DNA of 64,000 nt from an uncultured Mycoplasmatota bacterium (GTDB taxonomy: Bacteria; Bacillota_I; Bacilli_A; RF39; UBA660). Shown piece by piece: positions 54,949 through 64,000 of this stretch. The DNA is taken from assembly GCA_900543825.1 (NCBI GenBank), contig UQSR01000005.1:11122-75121 (forward strand). The letters are read 5' to 3'. The notes below the pieces were generated by a model that saw only the letters and a list, made by a program, of their open reading frames with translations, was not told where the DNA came from and ran no database searches. Made by a program: the position numbers and the translations under genes. Each line of letters begins with the position of its first letter. The stretch's first letter is position 1.

Positions 54949-57150
54949 TTAAATTCTCGAAGGATTAAAATCAATCGAAACATCTATCTTGTTATTTCTT
55001 ACCTGCATATCTATAATAAATTTAAGTACTTTCATAAGACTATCATCTTTTCTATATTTAATAATAATTTGATAGTGATAAATATTATTAACTTTAAACA
55101 TATTAGCCATAGTAGGGCCTAAAACAATACTATCATTGCTAATATTATTTCTAATATAACTACCAATTTTATTAGCTTCTTTAAATCCAAGTTCATAATC
55201 CTTAGAAGTAATAGATACAAGAACCATATAATAATAAGGAGAATACTTAAGCATTTTTCTTACCTTCATCTCTTCTTTATAAAAATCTATATAATCATGA
55301 TTCTTAGCCAAAGTAATAGCATAATGATCTGGATTAAAAGTTTGAACAATAACCTCACCCTTATTCTCACTTCTACCAGCTCTACCAGAAACTTGTGATA
55401 ATAATTGAAAAGTATTTTCACTAGCCCTATAATCAGGAGACGTAAGACTACTATCAATAGATACAACCCCAACTAAAGTAACCAAAGGAAAATCAAGCCC
55501 CTTAGCAATCATCTGTGTACCAATTAAAATATCATACTTATGTTCTCCAAAATCATCAATAATCTTTTGATGCTGTCCTTTCTTACTAGTAGTATCAACA
55601 TCCATTCTTACAATTCTAGCCTTATACAAACTATTAAGAGTTTCTTCTAATTTTTCCGTACCAAGTCCATAATCCTTCAAATTATCACTACCACATATAG
55701 AACATTTGTTAGGAAGTACCATCGAATAACCACAATAATGACATTTAAGATTATTACTACTCTTATGATAAGTATAAGTAATATCACAATTAGGACACTT
55801 ATATACATATCCACATTCCTTACAACTAATAGTACTAGAATAACCCCTTCTATTAAGAAGAATAATAGCCTGCTCACCTTTACTTAAAACCTCAGAAATT
55901 TTATTCTTAAGCATATCCGATAAAATAAAGTTACCCTTCTTAACCTCTTCTTTCATATCAATAATATTAACAATAGGAAGAACACTCCCCCCAGCTCTTT
56001 CTGTCAAAGAAAGAAGTTTATACACATGATTACCAGCTTTAGCAAAGCTTTCCAAACTAGGAGTAGCACTACCAAGTACCAAAGGACAATTATGATATTT
56101 ACTTCTCCATTCAGCCACATTAATAGCGGAATATCTAGGATTATTATCCTGCTTATAAGAAGAAGTATGCTCTTCATCAATAATAATAATCCCAATATTA
56201 GTAAAAGGAACAAAGATAGCACTTCTAGTACCAATAACAATCTTAGATTCCCCATTAGTAATCTTACGATATTCATCATATCTTTCACTATCAGAAAGTT
56301 TAGAATGTAAAACCGCTATAACATTACCAAATCTAGATATAAACTTACCAACAATTTGAGGAGTAAGTCCAATTTCTGGTACTAACATTATAGCGCTTTT
56401 CCCATTATTAATAGCCTTTTCAATAACATCCATATATACCTCAGTCTTACCACTACCAGTAACGCCATATAATAGAAAAGTATCACTCTTACCAAAAGAA
56501 GATATAATAGTATCACTAACCAATCTTTGTTTATCAGTTAAATTAACTCTTTTATAATTACTAATACCATCATATCTATATCTCTTGCACTCTTCATATA
56601 TAATACTAGCAAAACCATACTTAATAATAGTATTAATACTACTAGACATCTTAGTAATTAAAATATCCCCCTCTTTTAACTTACAAAGCAAATTAATTTG
56701 ACTTTCATACTTACAATTATCAATATATCTATCAATCTCTTCTATACTCTTAATTCTATGTAAATATCTATCATATTTAATCTTAATATTACTTTTAACT
56801 TCCGCTTTTAATGCTTTTGGAAGCATTACCTGATAACAAGAAGATAAAGAAGCCAATAAATTATCACTCATATACTTACCAAGAAGTAACATCTCCTTAT
56901 TAAGAACAGGTTCCTCATCAATAACATTAATAATATCCTTAATCTTACTATTATCATAACTACTATTATCAGAAATACCAAGTACAAATCCATCTAGTAT
57001 CATATTTCCAAAAGGAATTCTAACCCTAACACCAATTTTAATATTATTTTCTAATAACTTAGGAACATGATAAAAAAAAGTTTGATCAACTGCCTTAGCC
57101 CCAATTTGTGTAAGAACCGAAACATACATATAATCACCTCCAAATATCAA
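54949..57150 (-). CDS. priA: Primosomal protein N' (replication restart helicase PriA)
   Basis: Walker A GVTGSGKTEVY, DEEH box (IIIDEEHTSSYKQ), two Cys4 zinc-binding motifs (CKECG...CPNCD / CHYCG...CSICG), 733 aa. Confidence 0.9.
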   Translation of the reverse strand: MIFGGDYMYVSVLTQIGAKAVDQTFFYHVPKLLENNIKIGVRVRIPFGNMILDGFVLGISDNSSYDNSKIKDIINVIDEEPVLNKEMLLLGKYMSDNLLASLSSCYQVMLPKALKAEVKSNIKIKYDRYLHRIKSIEEIDRYIDNCKYESQINLLCKLKEGDILITKMSSSINTIIKYGFASIIYEECKRYRYDGISNYKRVNLTDKQRLVSDTIISSFGKSDTFLLYGVTGSGKTEVYMDVIEKAINNGKSAIMLVPEIGLTPQIVGKFISRFGNVIAVLHSKLSDSERYDEYRKITNGESKIVIGTRSAIFVPFTNIGIIIIDEEHTSSYKQDNNPRYSAINVAEWRSKYHNCPLVLGSATPSLESFAKAGNHVYKLLSLTERAGGSVLPIVNIIDMKEEVKKGNFILSDMLKNKISEVLSKGEQAIILLNRRGYSSTISCKECGYVYKCPNCDITYTYHKSSNNLKCHYCGYSMVLPNKCSICGSDNLKDYGLGTEKLEETLNSLYKARIVRMDVDTTSKKGQHQKIIDDFGEHKYDILIGTQMIAKGLDFPLVTLVGVVSIDSSLTSPDYRASENTFQLLSQVSGRAGRSENKGEVIVQTFNPDHYAITLAKNHDYIDFYKEEMKVRKMLKYSPYYYMVLVSITSKDYELGFKEANKIGSYIRNNISNDSIVLGPTMANMFKVNNIYHYQIIIKYRKDDSLMKVLKFIIDMQVRNNKIDVSIDFNPSRI

Positions 57151-57224
57151 TAAACCTAAAATAATTATAACATAATATAATAAAATTGTAATATTTATTA
57201 AAATTTATTATAAAAAATATTTAA

Positions 57225-57275
57225 TTTAGAGACCTTAAGCTCTAAATTACGATAAAAGACCTAGGCTTTTATCGA
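57225..57275. repeat. Second copy of a tandem-hairpin intergenic element (first copy at 11458-11507)
   Basis: TTTAGAG-ACCTTAAG-CTCTAAA then GATAAAAG-ACCTAGGC-TTTTATC. Compare the first copy: TTTAGAG-ATTATAAG-CTCTAAA then TTGAAG-ACTATAGG-CTTCAA. Confidence 0.4.
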
Positions 57276-57319
57276 AATAAAATAAAAAAAGAGAAAATAA
57301 ATTATTTTCACTATATTAC

Positions 57320-57733
57320 TTATATCCACCTATTAGTTCTAACATTAAGAACCTCCATAGTTTCATATTTATTAGTATAATTAATAATCTTCTTAATAAG
57401 TCTTTTAATTCTCTTATCACTATTAAGATCAATATCCCTAATATTAACAATTCTCTTTAAACCATTTCTATATTCATAACTATTAATATATAAATACATA
57501 CTCTTATCAATAAGCCTAACAATATTCATTTCATTATCATTATTCCCATCACAAGAAAAAATCAAATCCTTATACCAATCAATCAAATCAAAAGAAAACT
57601 CATCATCATACCTAATATCATAATTAATAATATCATCATAATAAGGACAAAATCTAAGTATCCTTCTAGCATTAATAACATCTACAGTAAGAGTTTTAGT
57701 ACTATCCATAACATATTCCTTTCTTACTACCAA
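57320..57733 (-). CDS. Hypothetical cytoplasmic protein (137 aa)
   Basis: ORF with plausible coding composition; no recognisable motif. Confidence 0.35.
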   Translation of the reverse strand: MVVRKEYVMDSTKTLTVDVINARRILRFCPYYDDIINYDIRYDDEFSFDLIDWYKDLIFSCDGNNDNEMNIVRLIDKSMYLYINSYEYRNGLKRIVNIRDIDLNSDKRIKRLIKKIINYTNKYETMEVLNVRTNRWI

Positions 57734-57822
57734 ATCTTACTACAACCACATTATAATACACTATCATATCAAAGTAAATATATTCGACATATTAAGCTAA
57801 AAAGCATCAAAAAAAGACGATA

Positions 57823-58032
57823 TTACATCATCTTATTCATTTGTTTCATCATTTGATTAACTTGTTTTTGACTAGGAGTTCTTCCCATTTGACTCATCAT
57901 TGTCTTTATCATTTGTTCGTTAATAGGAGGATTCTTCTTAAGTTCATTTTTCATAACCTTTCTAGCTACTAAAAAACCAGAAACAAATCCAACTATCAAA
58001 CCAATTACTATATATAATATATCCCTAAGCAT
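57823..58032 (-). CDS. yneF: UPF0154-family small membrane protein YneF
   Basis: [67 protein letters not shown] closely matches Bacillus YneF (…[17 protein letters not shown]…PSQKKINQMM). Confidence 0.75.
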   Translation of the reverse strand: MLRDILYIVIGLIVGFVSGFLVARKVMKNELKKNPPINEQMIKTMMSQMGRTPSQKQVNQMMKQMNKMM

Positions 58033-58051
58033 ATCTCTTTCCTCCTTAAAA

Positions 58052-58507
58052 CTATTTTACTACAGCTTTATCCTTTTGTAAAGAACCATTTTCCAATATA
58101 CTAAGCCAAAAATAATCCTTATTTTCAAAATCACATACAAAAAGATTATTATTATATCTATTAAGATACTTAAAAAACACACTATAATTATTCTCAGTCT
58201 TAAGCTTAATATTATAATTATTAATTCTAAGAAGTGTCTTTTCACCACTATTCAAAGTATGAACATTACCACATCTCTTATATCCATATTTATACTTATA
58301 CTCATAATAAATATATTCACTTAACATAATCTTATTAAAAGGATCCGCTACATCAAGAAGAGAATGATAAGTCATATTAGTATCATAATTTCTTGTATTA
58401 TAAATTTCTTCAAATATCTTATACATCTTAAAAGGAGTTCTTTTATACATATAAGAAAAATATTTATTAACATTAAAAATATAGTATGTTCTCATTAATA
58501 TCACCAA
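58052..58507 (-). CDS. SirA/YneE-like protein (sporulation inhibitor of replication candidate)
   Basis: 151 aa with RTYYIF N-terminal and [11 protein letters not shown]-terminal motifs, resembling Bacillus SirA (RHYYTYLI...DFNSKRYGWL). It also sits in the conserved tkt-sirA-yneF position. Confidence 0.5.
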   Translation of the reverse strand: MVILMRTYYIFNVNKYFSYMYKRTPFKMYKIFEEIYNTRNYDTNMTYHSLLDVADPFNKIMLSEYIYYEYKYKYGYKRCGNVHTLNSGEKTLLRINNYNIKLKTENNYSVFFKYLNRYNNNLFVCDFENKDYFWLSILENGSLQKDKAVVK

Positions 58508-58545
58508 TATTAATGTAACATACTATATATAAATAAATTGTCGAA

Positions 58546-60513
58546 TTATAAATTATTCTTAATTTTAATAACCAAATCCTGAATATCAAGTTCAAAGAAA
58601 GATAAAACCTCTTCTTCACTACCACTCTTGCCAAAAGAATTAATACCCACAAAATCCTCATCACTAGATATAAAACGATACCAATTAGCATCATTAGAAA
58701 GTTCTATAACCATTCTTCTATAACCAGTCGGAAACACCTGCTCTTGATAATCCTTATCTTGTTTTAAAAACAAATTAAGATTAGGCATAGTAACTACTCT
58801 AGCCTCAATATAATTTTTAAGAAGTTCTTCTTTTATCTTCATAGCAAGACCAACTTCACTTCCCGTAGCAATAATAATAATATCAAGTCTTGTTCTAACC
58901 TCACTAATAATATATGCTCCCCTACTTACCTTTTCCGAATTAGTATGTTTCATTGTTTCCAAGTGTCCCCTAGGAAGTACCAAAGCACAAGGCTTACCTT
59001 CTCTTAAAATATTTGTCCATGAACCAATAAGTTCCTTATAATCACAAGGACGATATACCGAAAAATTAGGAATACTACGAAGCATACCAAGTTGTTCTAC
59101 CGGCTGATGTGTAATACCATCAGGACCAACCCTAACACTATCATGTGTAAAAATATAAGTAACAGGTAAATCCATCATCGCACTCATTCTTATTTCAGGC
59201 TTCATATAATCAGCAAAAGCAAGAAAAGTACTACCATAACTTCTAATATTAGTAAGAGCAAGACCATTCATAACAGCTCCCATAAGAGCTTCTCTCACAC
59301 CAAAATTAATATTCCTACCACCATAATCATCATAACTAAACTCTCTCTTACCCTTTAAATAAGTTTTAGTAGAGCAGAACAAATCAGCACTACCACCCAT
59401 ATAATTAGGAATAAAAGTACCAATAACATTCATAATCTGATAATTAATATCCCTCATAGGTTTATCCTCAAATATCTTACTAGCATCCACTACTGCATCA
59501 ATATCCAAAGAAATACCCTCATTTTCAATAACTAAATTAATCTTATCCCTCTCACTATCAGTAGCATTAGCCAAATACATCTCATACTCAGAATACCAAT
59601 CCCTATAATAATCACTAGTACCACCCTTAATAAATTCAATAATACCATTTCTATCATTTTCACTATAAGTAAAAGGACTAGTACCCTTTAAAGTCATTCT
59701 AATATTTTCCAAATCACTCTTATCCAAATCCGAATGAATACGATTAGTTCCTTCATATTTAGAATACTTACCAATTACCGATTCAATCTCAATAATAGTA
59801 GGCTTATTACTCTTCTTAGCCTTCTCAATAGCAGAAGTAATCTCACTAACCGACTCTGAATTACGAACCTTAATAACATTCCAATTCATACTAGTAAACC
59901 TATCAGTAATATTATCATCAAACGTCTTAGAAGTGTCCCCATCTGCTGTAATATTATTTGAATCATATAAAACAATAAGATTATCAAGGCCAAGATTACC
60001 TGCCATCGAAGCAGCTTCGTAAGATACCCCTTCCATCAAATCACCATCAGAACATATACAATATATATTATAATCAAATACAGTATTTTTCTTACGATTA
60101 AAAGTAGCCTCCAAGTATTTTTCTCCTATAGCCATACCAACAGAAGTAGCAAATCCCTGTCCTAATGCTCCAGTAGTCATTTCAATACGATGTGATAAAT
60201 CATACTCAGGATGACCAGGAGTAGAAGATGCAATCTTTCTAAAAGACTTAAGATCATCTATACTATACTCATCAAGCATATAAAACAAACTAGCATAAAG
60301 AAGTGCTGACCCATGTCCACATGACATAACAAGTCTATCCCTATTACACCAATCCTTTCTTTCCATATCAAATTTCAAATGATATGCCAAAAGAGTATAC
60401 ATAGTTGGAGCAAAATCAAGCGCAATACCAGGATGTCCACTACCAGCAGTATTAATCATATCAAGAGCTAATAATCTAATATCATTAATAATTCTTTTTT
60501 CATTAAGTTTCAT
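58546..60513 (-). CDS. tkt: Transketolase
   Basis: 655 aa; TPP-binding GHPG..., GDG/MEG motifs (ICSDGDLMEGVSYEA), and transketolase pyrimidine-binding and C-terminal domains. Confidence 0.9.
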   Translation of the reverse strand: MKLNEKRIINDIRLLALDMINTAGSGHPGIALDFAPTMYTLLAYHLKFDMERKDWCNRDRLVMSCGHGSALLYASLFYMLDEYSIDDLKSFRKIASSTPGHPEYDLSHRIEMTTGALGQGFATSVGMAIGEKYLEATFNRKKNTVFDYNIYCICSDGDLMEGVSYEAASMAGNLGLDNLIVLYDSNNITADGDTSKTFDDNITDRFTSMNWNVIKVRNSESVSEITSAIEKAKKSNKPTIIEIESVIGKYSKYEGTNRIHSDLDKSDLENIRMTLKGTSPFTYSENDRNGIIEFIKGGTSDYYRDWYSEYEMYLANATDSERDKINLVIENEGISLDIDAVVDASKIFEDKPMRDINYQIMNVIGTFIPNYMGGSADLFCSTKTYLKGKREFSYDDYGGRNINFGVREALMGAVMNGLALTNIRSYGSTFLAFADYMKPEIRMSAMMDLPVTYIFTHDSVRVGPDGITHQPVEQLGMLRSIPNFSVYRPCDYKELIGSWTNILREGKPCALVLPRGHLETMKHTNSEKVSRGAYIISEVRTRLDIIIIATGSEVGLAMKIKEELLKNYIEARVVTMPNLNLFLKQDKDYQEQVFPTGYRRMVIELSNDANWYRFISSDEDFVGINSFGKSGSEEEVLSFFELDIQDLVIKIKNNL

Positions 60514-60618
60514 ATCTATAACCTACCTTACAATCTAATTCTAACATAAAAACAAATAAAATAAAAGAAGAAATACATTATTTCCTCTTTATATACCCAT
60601 ATTATGTCAAATAATTAT

Positions 60619-61473
60619 TTATAATCTTTCCAAAACTCCATTTTCCAAATCGTCTATATTATATATTGTTTCAAGTACATTAAAAGTTTCTTCAAGATTA
60701 TGTTTAGCATTATTCCAACCAGTTCCATCAGTAAACCAAATAAATGTTACACCTGTAACTTTTTTAGCTTCTTCCGCTAGCATTTTATAGCTTCTAGCAG
60801 TTTCATTTAGTTTAGAACCACCACTTGTATAAAAATTTGTTTCTATAACATATACCATATTTTCTTTCTTTATAACAAAATCAAATCTTTTAGCGGATAC
60901 ATTATTTCCCGACATAGCACTTAAATCCAAATTCCACTTTCTTTCTATATCCTTCAAATACATTTCCTTAAAATATGTATCATTCTTTTTATACCCAGCT
61001 TTTACAATATATTCTTCTACTAAATTTTCCATTAAATGACCACCACGATTTTTTCTACCATTTGAATCCAAACCAACCTCTATTCCTAGAACATAATCAT
61101 ACAAATTATTTATAATATGATTTTGAAGCAAATCAAAAAGGCCACACTCTCTCATAAATCTAATATAGTCATCAACCGAGTACACTAACTTCTTAAAATT
61201 GAATAAATACTCATTTATCTCATCTTTTATAAAAATTTCACTAGAACGAACCGCAAGTAACAAAGGAATACATTCCAATGTTTCAGGATACCTTATTATT
61301 ATATTTTGAAAATCATCTTCAATTTTTTCACTACCAATCAAAGAATTTAAAATATTTAATTCCAATTTTACCTTATCAACATTTTTATATATCTTATCAA
61401 AATCAACATAATAAGCATAATTTGATATACTTGATTTAAAACTGCTAAACCACTCATTAAAATCTCTATTCAT
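60619..61473 (-). CDS. dpnB: Type II restriction endonuclease, DpnII/MboI family (GATC)
   Basis: 284 aa; conserved blocks LNILNSLIGSE, GLFDLLQNH, GRKNRGGHLMEN, KRFDFVIK and SKLNETARSYKM match DpnII endonuclease (DpnB). Confidence 0.8.
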   Translation of the reverse strand: MNRDFNEWFSSFKSSISNYAYYVDFDKIYKNVDKVKLELNILNSLIGSEKIEDDFQNIIIRYPETLECIPLLLAVRSSEIFIKDEINEYLFNFKKLVYSVDDYIRFMRECGLFDLLQNHIINNLYDYVLGIEVGLDSNGRKNRGGHLMENLVEEYIVKAGYKKNDTYFKEMYLKDIERKWNLDLSAMSGNNVSAKRFDFVIKKENMVYVIETNFYTSGGSKLNETARSYKMLAEEAKKVTGVTFIWFTDGTGWNNAKHNLEETFNVLETIYNIDDLENGVLERL

Positions 61474-62249
61474 TATTTATCATTCTCCAATCTTCTAATA
61501 GTCAAGTCCAAATACCCTTTTTCTCTTTCTATACCAATATATTTTCTATTTAATCTGCTTGCAACTATCCCAGTTGTACCACTACCATTAAAAGGATCTA
61601 AAATCAAATCACCTTCATCTGTTGATGCCATAATGACTTTTTCAAGTAATTCTATCGGTTTCTGCGTAGGATGTTTCCCACATTTCTTCTCACTAGGCTT
61701 AGTAAGTGATGTTTCCCATACGTCTTTCATTTGCTTATTATTATTTAATTTTTTCATAGCATCATAATTAAACTTATATTTAATATTCTTTATATCTTTT
61801 TTTGCCCACAAAATAGTCTCAGTAGAATGCACAAATGCACGACAGCTTATATTAGGAGGTGGATTTAATTTTCTCCAAGTAATATTATTTATTATCTTAA
61901 ACCCGTTCTCTTCAAGTGCCATACCTATTGAATAAATATTATGCATAGTACCACTTATCCATATAGTACCATTATCCTTTAACACTCTTTTACATAATTT
62001 AATCCATTCTTTATTAAATTTATGTTTCTCTTTAAAATCAATAGCCTTATCCCATTCTCCTTTGTTAACACTTACCATCTTACCTCCACTGCAGGTTATA
62101 CCATTATCAGATAGAAAATAAGGAGGATCTGCAAAAATCATATCAATACTCTCTGGTTTAATACTTTTAAGCACTTCCAAAGAATCACCATATATAAGTT
62201 TAAAATCACATTTATCATAATAATAAGCAAACTTTTTCATAAGTATCAC
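61473..62249 (-). CDS. dpnA: DpnA-like N6-adenine DNA methyltransferase (ssDNA-active second MTase of DpnII cassettes)
   Basis: 258 aa; MIFADPPYFLSDNG (DPPY), WISGTMHNIYSVGMALE, KHPTQKPIELLEKVI and DPFNGSGTTG (FxGxG) align along their length with DpnA. Confidence 0.8.
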   Translation of the reverse strand: MILMKKFAYYYDKCDFKLIYGDSLEVLKSIKPESIDMIFADPPYFLSDNGITCSGGKMVSVNKGEWDKAIDFKEKHKFNKEWIKLCKRVLKDNGTIWISGTMHNIYSIGMALEENGFKIINNITWRKLNPPPNISCRAFVHSTETILWAKKDIKNIKYKFNYDAMKKLNNNKQMKDVWETSLTKPSEKKCGKHPTQKPIELLEKVIMASTDEGDLILDPFNGSGTTGIVASRLNRKYIGIEREKGYLDLTIRRLENDK

Positions 62250-62263
62250 ATCCTTGTAACATG

Positions 62264-63124
62264 TTATATTAAGTTATCAAAACCTCTCTTGTTCTCAAAA
62301 TTTGTAATTATAACTTCTTCTACTTTTCCTCTTTTTTTACCATTAGCATTAATATTCCTCTTAGCCTCTATAACATGAATATTAAAATCACTATAAAGTT
62401 CATTAATAAGCTTAGTATTATGATTAGAAAGCATTACAAAACATCCCCTATCAGATAACTCTCTAAATACTTTTGCTAGCCTTCTCTGTTCACCTTTTCC
62501 AAAACCATCTTCTGTATAACTATTAAAAGTAGAAGTATCAGAATCATATGGTGGATCAAAATATATAAAATCACCTCTTTTAGCAGTACTTACAGCATCT
62601 TCAAAATCAATAGATAAAATCTTAATATCATTATAATTTAAAAAACCACAAATTATACCCAAGTTCTGCCCCTCATAAGTATTAACTTTAGCTTTTTTAC
62701 CAAAAGGAACATTAAATTCCCCTTTACTATTAACCCTATATAATCCATTAAAACAAGCCTTATTTAAATAAATAGTTCTAGCGGCTCTTTTATAATCAGC
62801 AATTTTATTAAACTTTTTCTTATCCCTATCTATATTTCTAATTTCATAATAATAATCTTCAGAATGATACATCTCATGACGATTTAATTCTCTACACATA
62901 GCTTCAAACTTTTTCTCATCTTTAATACAATTATATACATTCATAAGTTCATAATTAGAATCATTAATTACTGCCCTTTTAGGAGATAACTCAAATAATA
63001 ACGCACCACCACCCACAAAAGGTTCATAATAAGTATCAAACTCATCAGGAACATATTCCATAAGTTTATTCATTATTTGTCTCTTACCACCAGCCCACTT
63101 TACAAATGGTCTACCTTTAATCAT
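62264..63124 (-). CDS. dpnM: Dam-family GATC N6-adenine DNA methyltransferase (DpnM-like)
   Basis: 286 aa; FVKWAGGKRQ, EPFVGGGALLFEL (FxGxG), NGLYRVNSKGEFNVPFG and DFIYFDPPY match DpnM/Dam. Confidence 0.85.
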   Translation of the reverse strand: MIKGRPFVKWAGGKRQIMNKLMEYVPDEFDTYYEPFVGGGALLFELSPKRAVINDSNYELMNVYNCIKDEKKFEAMCRELNRHEMYHSEDYYYEIRNIDRDKKKFNKIADYKRAARTIYLNKACFNGLYRVNSKGEFNVPFGKKAKVNTYEGQNLGIICGFLNYNDIKILSIDFEDAVSTAKRGDFIYFDPPYDSDTSTFNSYTEDGFGKGEQRRLAKVFRELSDRGCFVMLSNHNTKLINELYSDFNIHVIEAKRNINANGKKRGKVEEVIITNFENKRGFDNLI

Positions 63125-63158
63125 ATTAACTACCTCCTAAATATCATTAATATTATAT

Positions 63159-63189
63159 CATATAAAAAGACATTTTAAAGAAAAATGTC
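63159..63189 (-). terminator. Rho-independent terminator of the NUDIX gene (also bounds the dpnM promoter region)
   Basis: GACATTTT-AAAGA-AAAATGTC hairpin; the minus strand continues with TTTTTATATG, and a TATAAT lies between it and the dpnM RBS. Confidence 0.5.
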
Positions 63190-63235
63190 AAATTTTATAC
63201 ATTTTTATTATCATTAATCAATATAAATATCCCAA

Positions 63236-63799
63236 TTAAGAAACAATATCCTTAAGCATTCTAAACAAATAAATCTCTTCCTTTTTAAATACCAACTCTT
63301 TATCACCAACTTCAATAAGATTAATAACATCATCAATATTATGCCATTCAACATAACTAACTTCTTCCTTTTGAATATTAAAATCATCTTCCTCTAAATC
63401 AGTTATAACATAATAAGGATACATAAAATGATTATTCTCATCTTCCAACACAAGATACTTATTGCATAATACATGTACCTCATTTTTATCCACAACTAGT
63501 CCAACTTCCTCTTCAAGTTCTCTCTTAGCACACGATAAAGGATCTTCTAAATATCCAACATGTCCCGCTATCACACCAAGCATATTAGGACAAAATCTTC
63601 TATTCTTACTCCTTCTCTGAAGAAGTACCTCTCCCTTTTTATTAATAATATAAATAGTAACCTCATTATGAAGTTTAGATAAATCATGAACGTCTTCTCT
63701 TTCTAATACTTCATCAGTATCATTACCATCCTCATCTACTACTCTAATTAATTCCATATAATCACTACTCCATACCATTAATTGTAACAAATAATCCAA
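63236..63799 (-). CDS. NUDIX-family hydrolase
   Basis: Nudix box GHVGYLEDPLSCAKRELEEEVGL (GX5EX7REUXEEXGU). Confidence 0.75.
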   Translation of the reverse strand: MDYLLQLMVWSSDYMELIRVVDEDGNDTDEVLEREDVHDLSKLHNEVTIYIINKKGEVLLQRRSKNRRFCPNMLGVIAGHVGYLEDPLSCAKRELEEEVGLVVDKNEVHVLCNKYLVLEDENNHFMYPYYVITDLEEDDFNIQKEEVSYVEWHNIDDVINLIEVGDKELVFKKEEIYLFRMLKDIVS

Positions 63800-63857
63800 A
63801 TAAAGTACAGAAAAAAATATATAAATCTGTAAAAAAAAGAATAGTATTATTAACTAT

Positions 63858-64000
63858 TCATATTTATTTACTAATTCTATAAGTAGTACCCTCTCTAGTA
63901 TCAGTAAGAATAATACCCTTATCTAATAGTTCATCTCTAATACTATCAGAAAGTTCATAATTCTTATTCATTTTAGCAATTCTTCTCTCTTCTATTTTAT
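63858..64000 (-). CDS. cysS: Cysteine--tRNA ligase, C-terminal 47 aa only (gene runs off the right edge)
   Basis: Minus-strand frame open to the window edge, ending ...IEERRIAKMNKNYELSDSIRDELLDKGIILTDTREGTTYRISK*, which matches the conserved CysRS C-terminus (..DF..AD.IRD.L...GI.LEDT.QGT.W). Confidence 0.5.

Noticed and set aside
1-64000. Mollicutes-type genetic code (TGA=Trp), suggested by the DUF285 repeats and extreme AT-richness
   Set aside because: Trp codons are TGG (e.g. leuS MYNFKKIEKKWQEYW). Full-length conserved proteins are obtained with the standard code. Sporulation genes (spoIIGA, sigE, sirA) point to a spore-forming Firmicute.

Overview
This is a 64 kb chromosomal segment from a very AT-rich, low-GC endospore-forming Firmicute, judged Clostridia-like by gene content. 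The standard genetic code is in use: Trp is TGG and the long ORFs match full-length homologues. Almost all genes lie on the minus strand.

The sporulation and Bacillus-type synteny markers are:
- spoIIGA followed by pro-sigma-E (sigE)
- ylbL-like and ylbJ-like genes
- a tiny YjcZ-like peptide
- a tkt-sirA-yneF block

The housekeeping genes are:
- P-type Ca2+-ATPase (partial) and M23 peptidase
- radical-SAM TIGR01212, rseP/rasP and cdsA
- GyrB/ParE-family topoisomerase B subunit, ligA and a long 552-aa GluRS-family synthetase
- leuS, priA, tkt, NUDIX hydrolase and a cysS C-terminus at the right edge
- three tRNAs, Glu-CUC, Gln-CUG and Arg-UCU, each with recognisable promoter or terminator hairpins

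Accessory content:
- A DUF285/BspA-type LRR surface protein built from 72-bp coding repeats.
- A sortase plus Cna-B surface-protein operon.
- Three small pilin-like genes (ComGC-like, Flp-like and an unannotated 62-aa ORF) in the operon leading into spoIIGA-sigE.
- An intact solo IS200/IS605-family TnpB beside tRNA-Gln, with a structured putative omega-RNA region and a perfect 21-bp inverted repeat.
- GH31 hydrolase and a SipW-type-signal protein.
- tRNA-Arg followed by a DUF1016/PD-(D/E)XK nuclease gene and a decayed 5' duplicate of it.
- comEA-comEC.
- A complete three-gene DpnII-type GATC R-M cassette (dpnM-dpnA-dpnB) inserted upstream of tkt.

The most unusual locus is the 12 kb between priA and comEA. 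It encodes cadherin-like, dockerin/GH73/SH3b and (S/P)PxTG sortase-substrate surface proteins. It also encodes two giant modular type-IV-pilin-like proteins of 558 and 1124 aa. These share a class-III prepilin leader, Flg_new (Listeria-Bacteroides) repeats and a novel ~235-aa Cys-rich module in three copies. Each giant pilin is translationally coupled to a small bitopic membrane protein. The two cassettes share about 0.3 kb and 0.7 kb of direct repeat at roughly 94% identity.

No CRISPR array, no rRNA and no T-box leaders were found.
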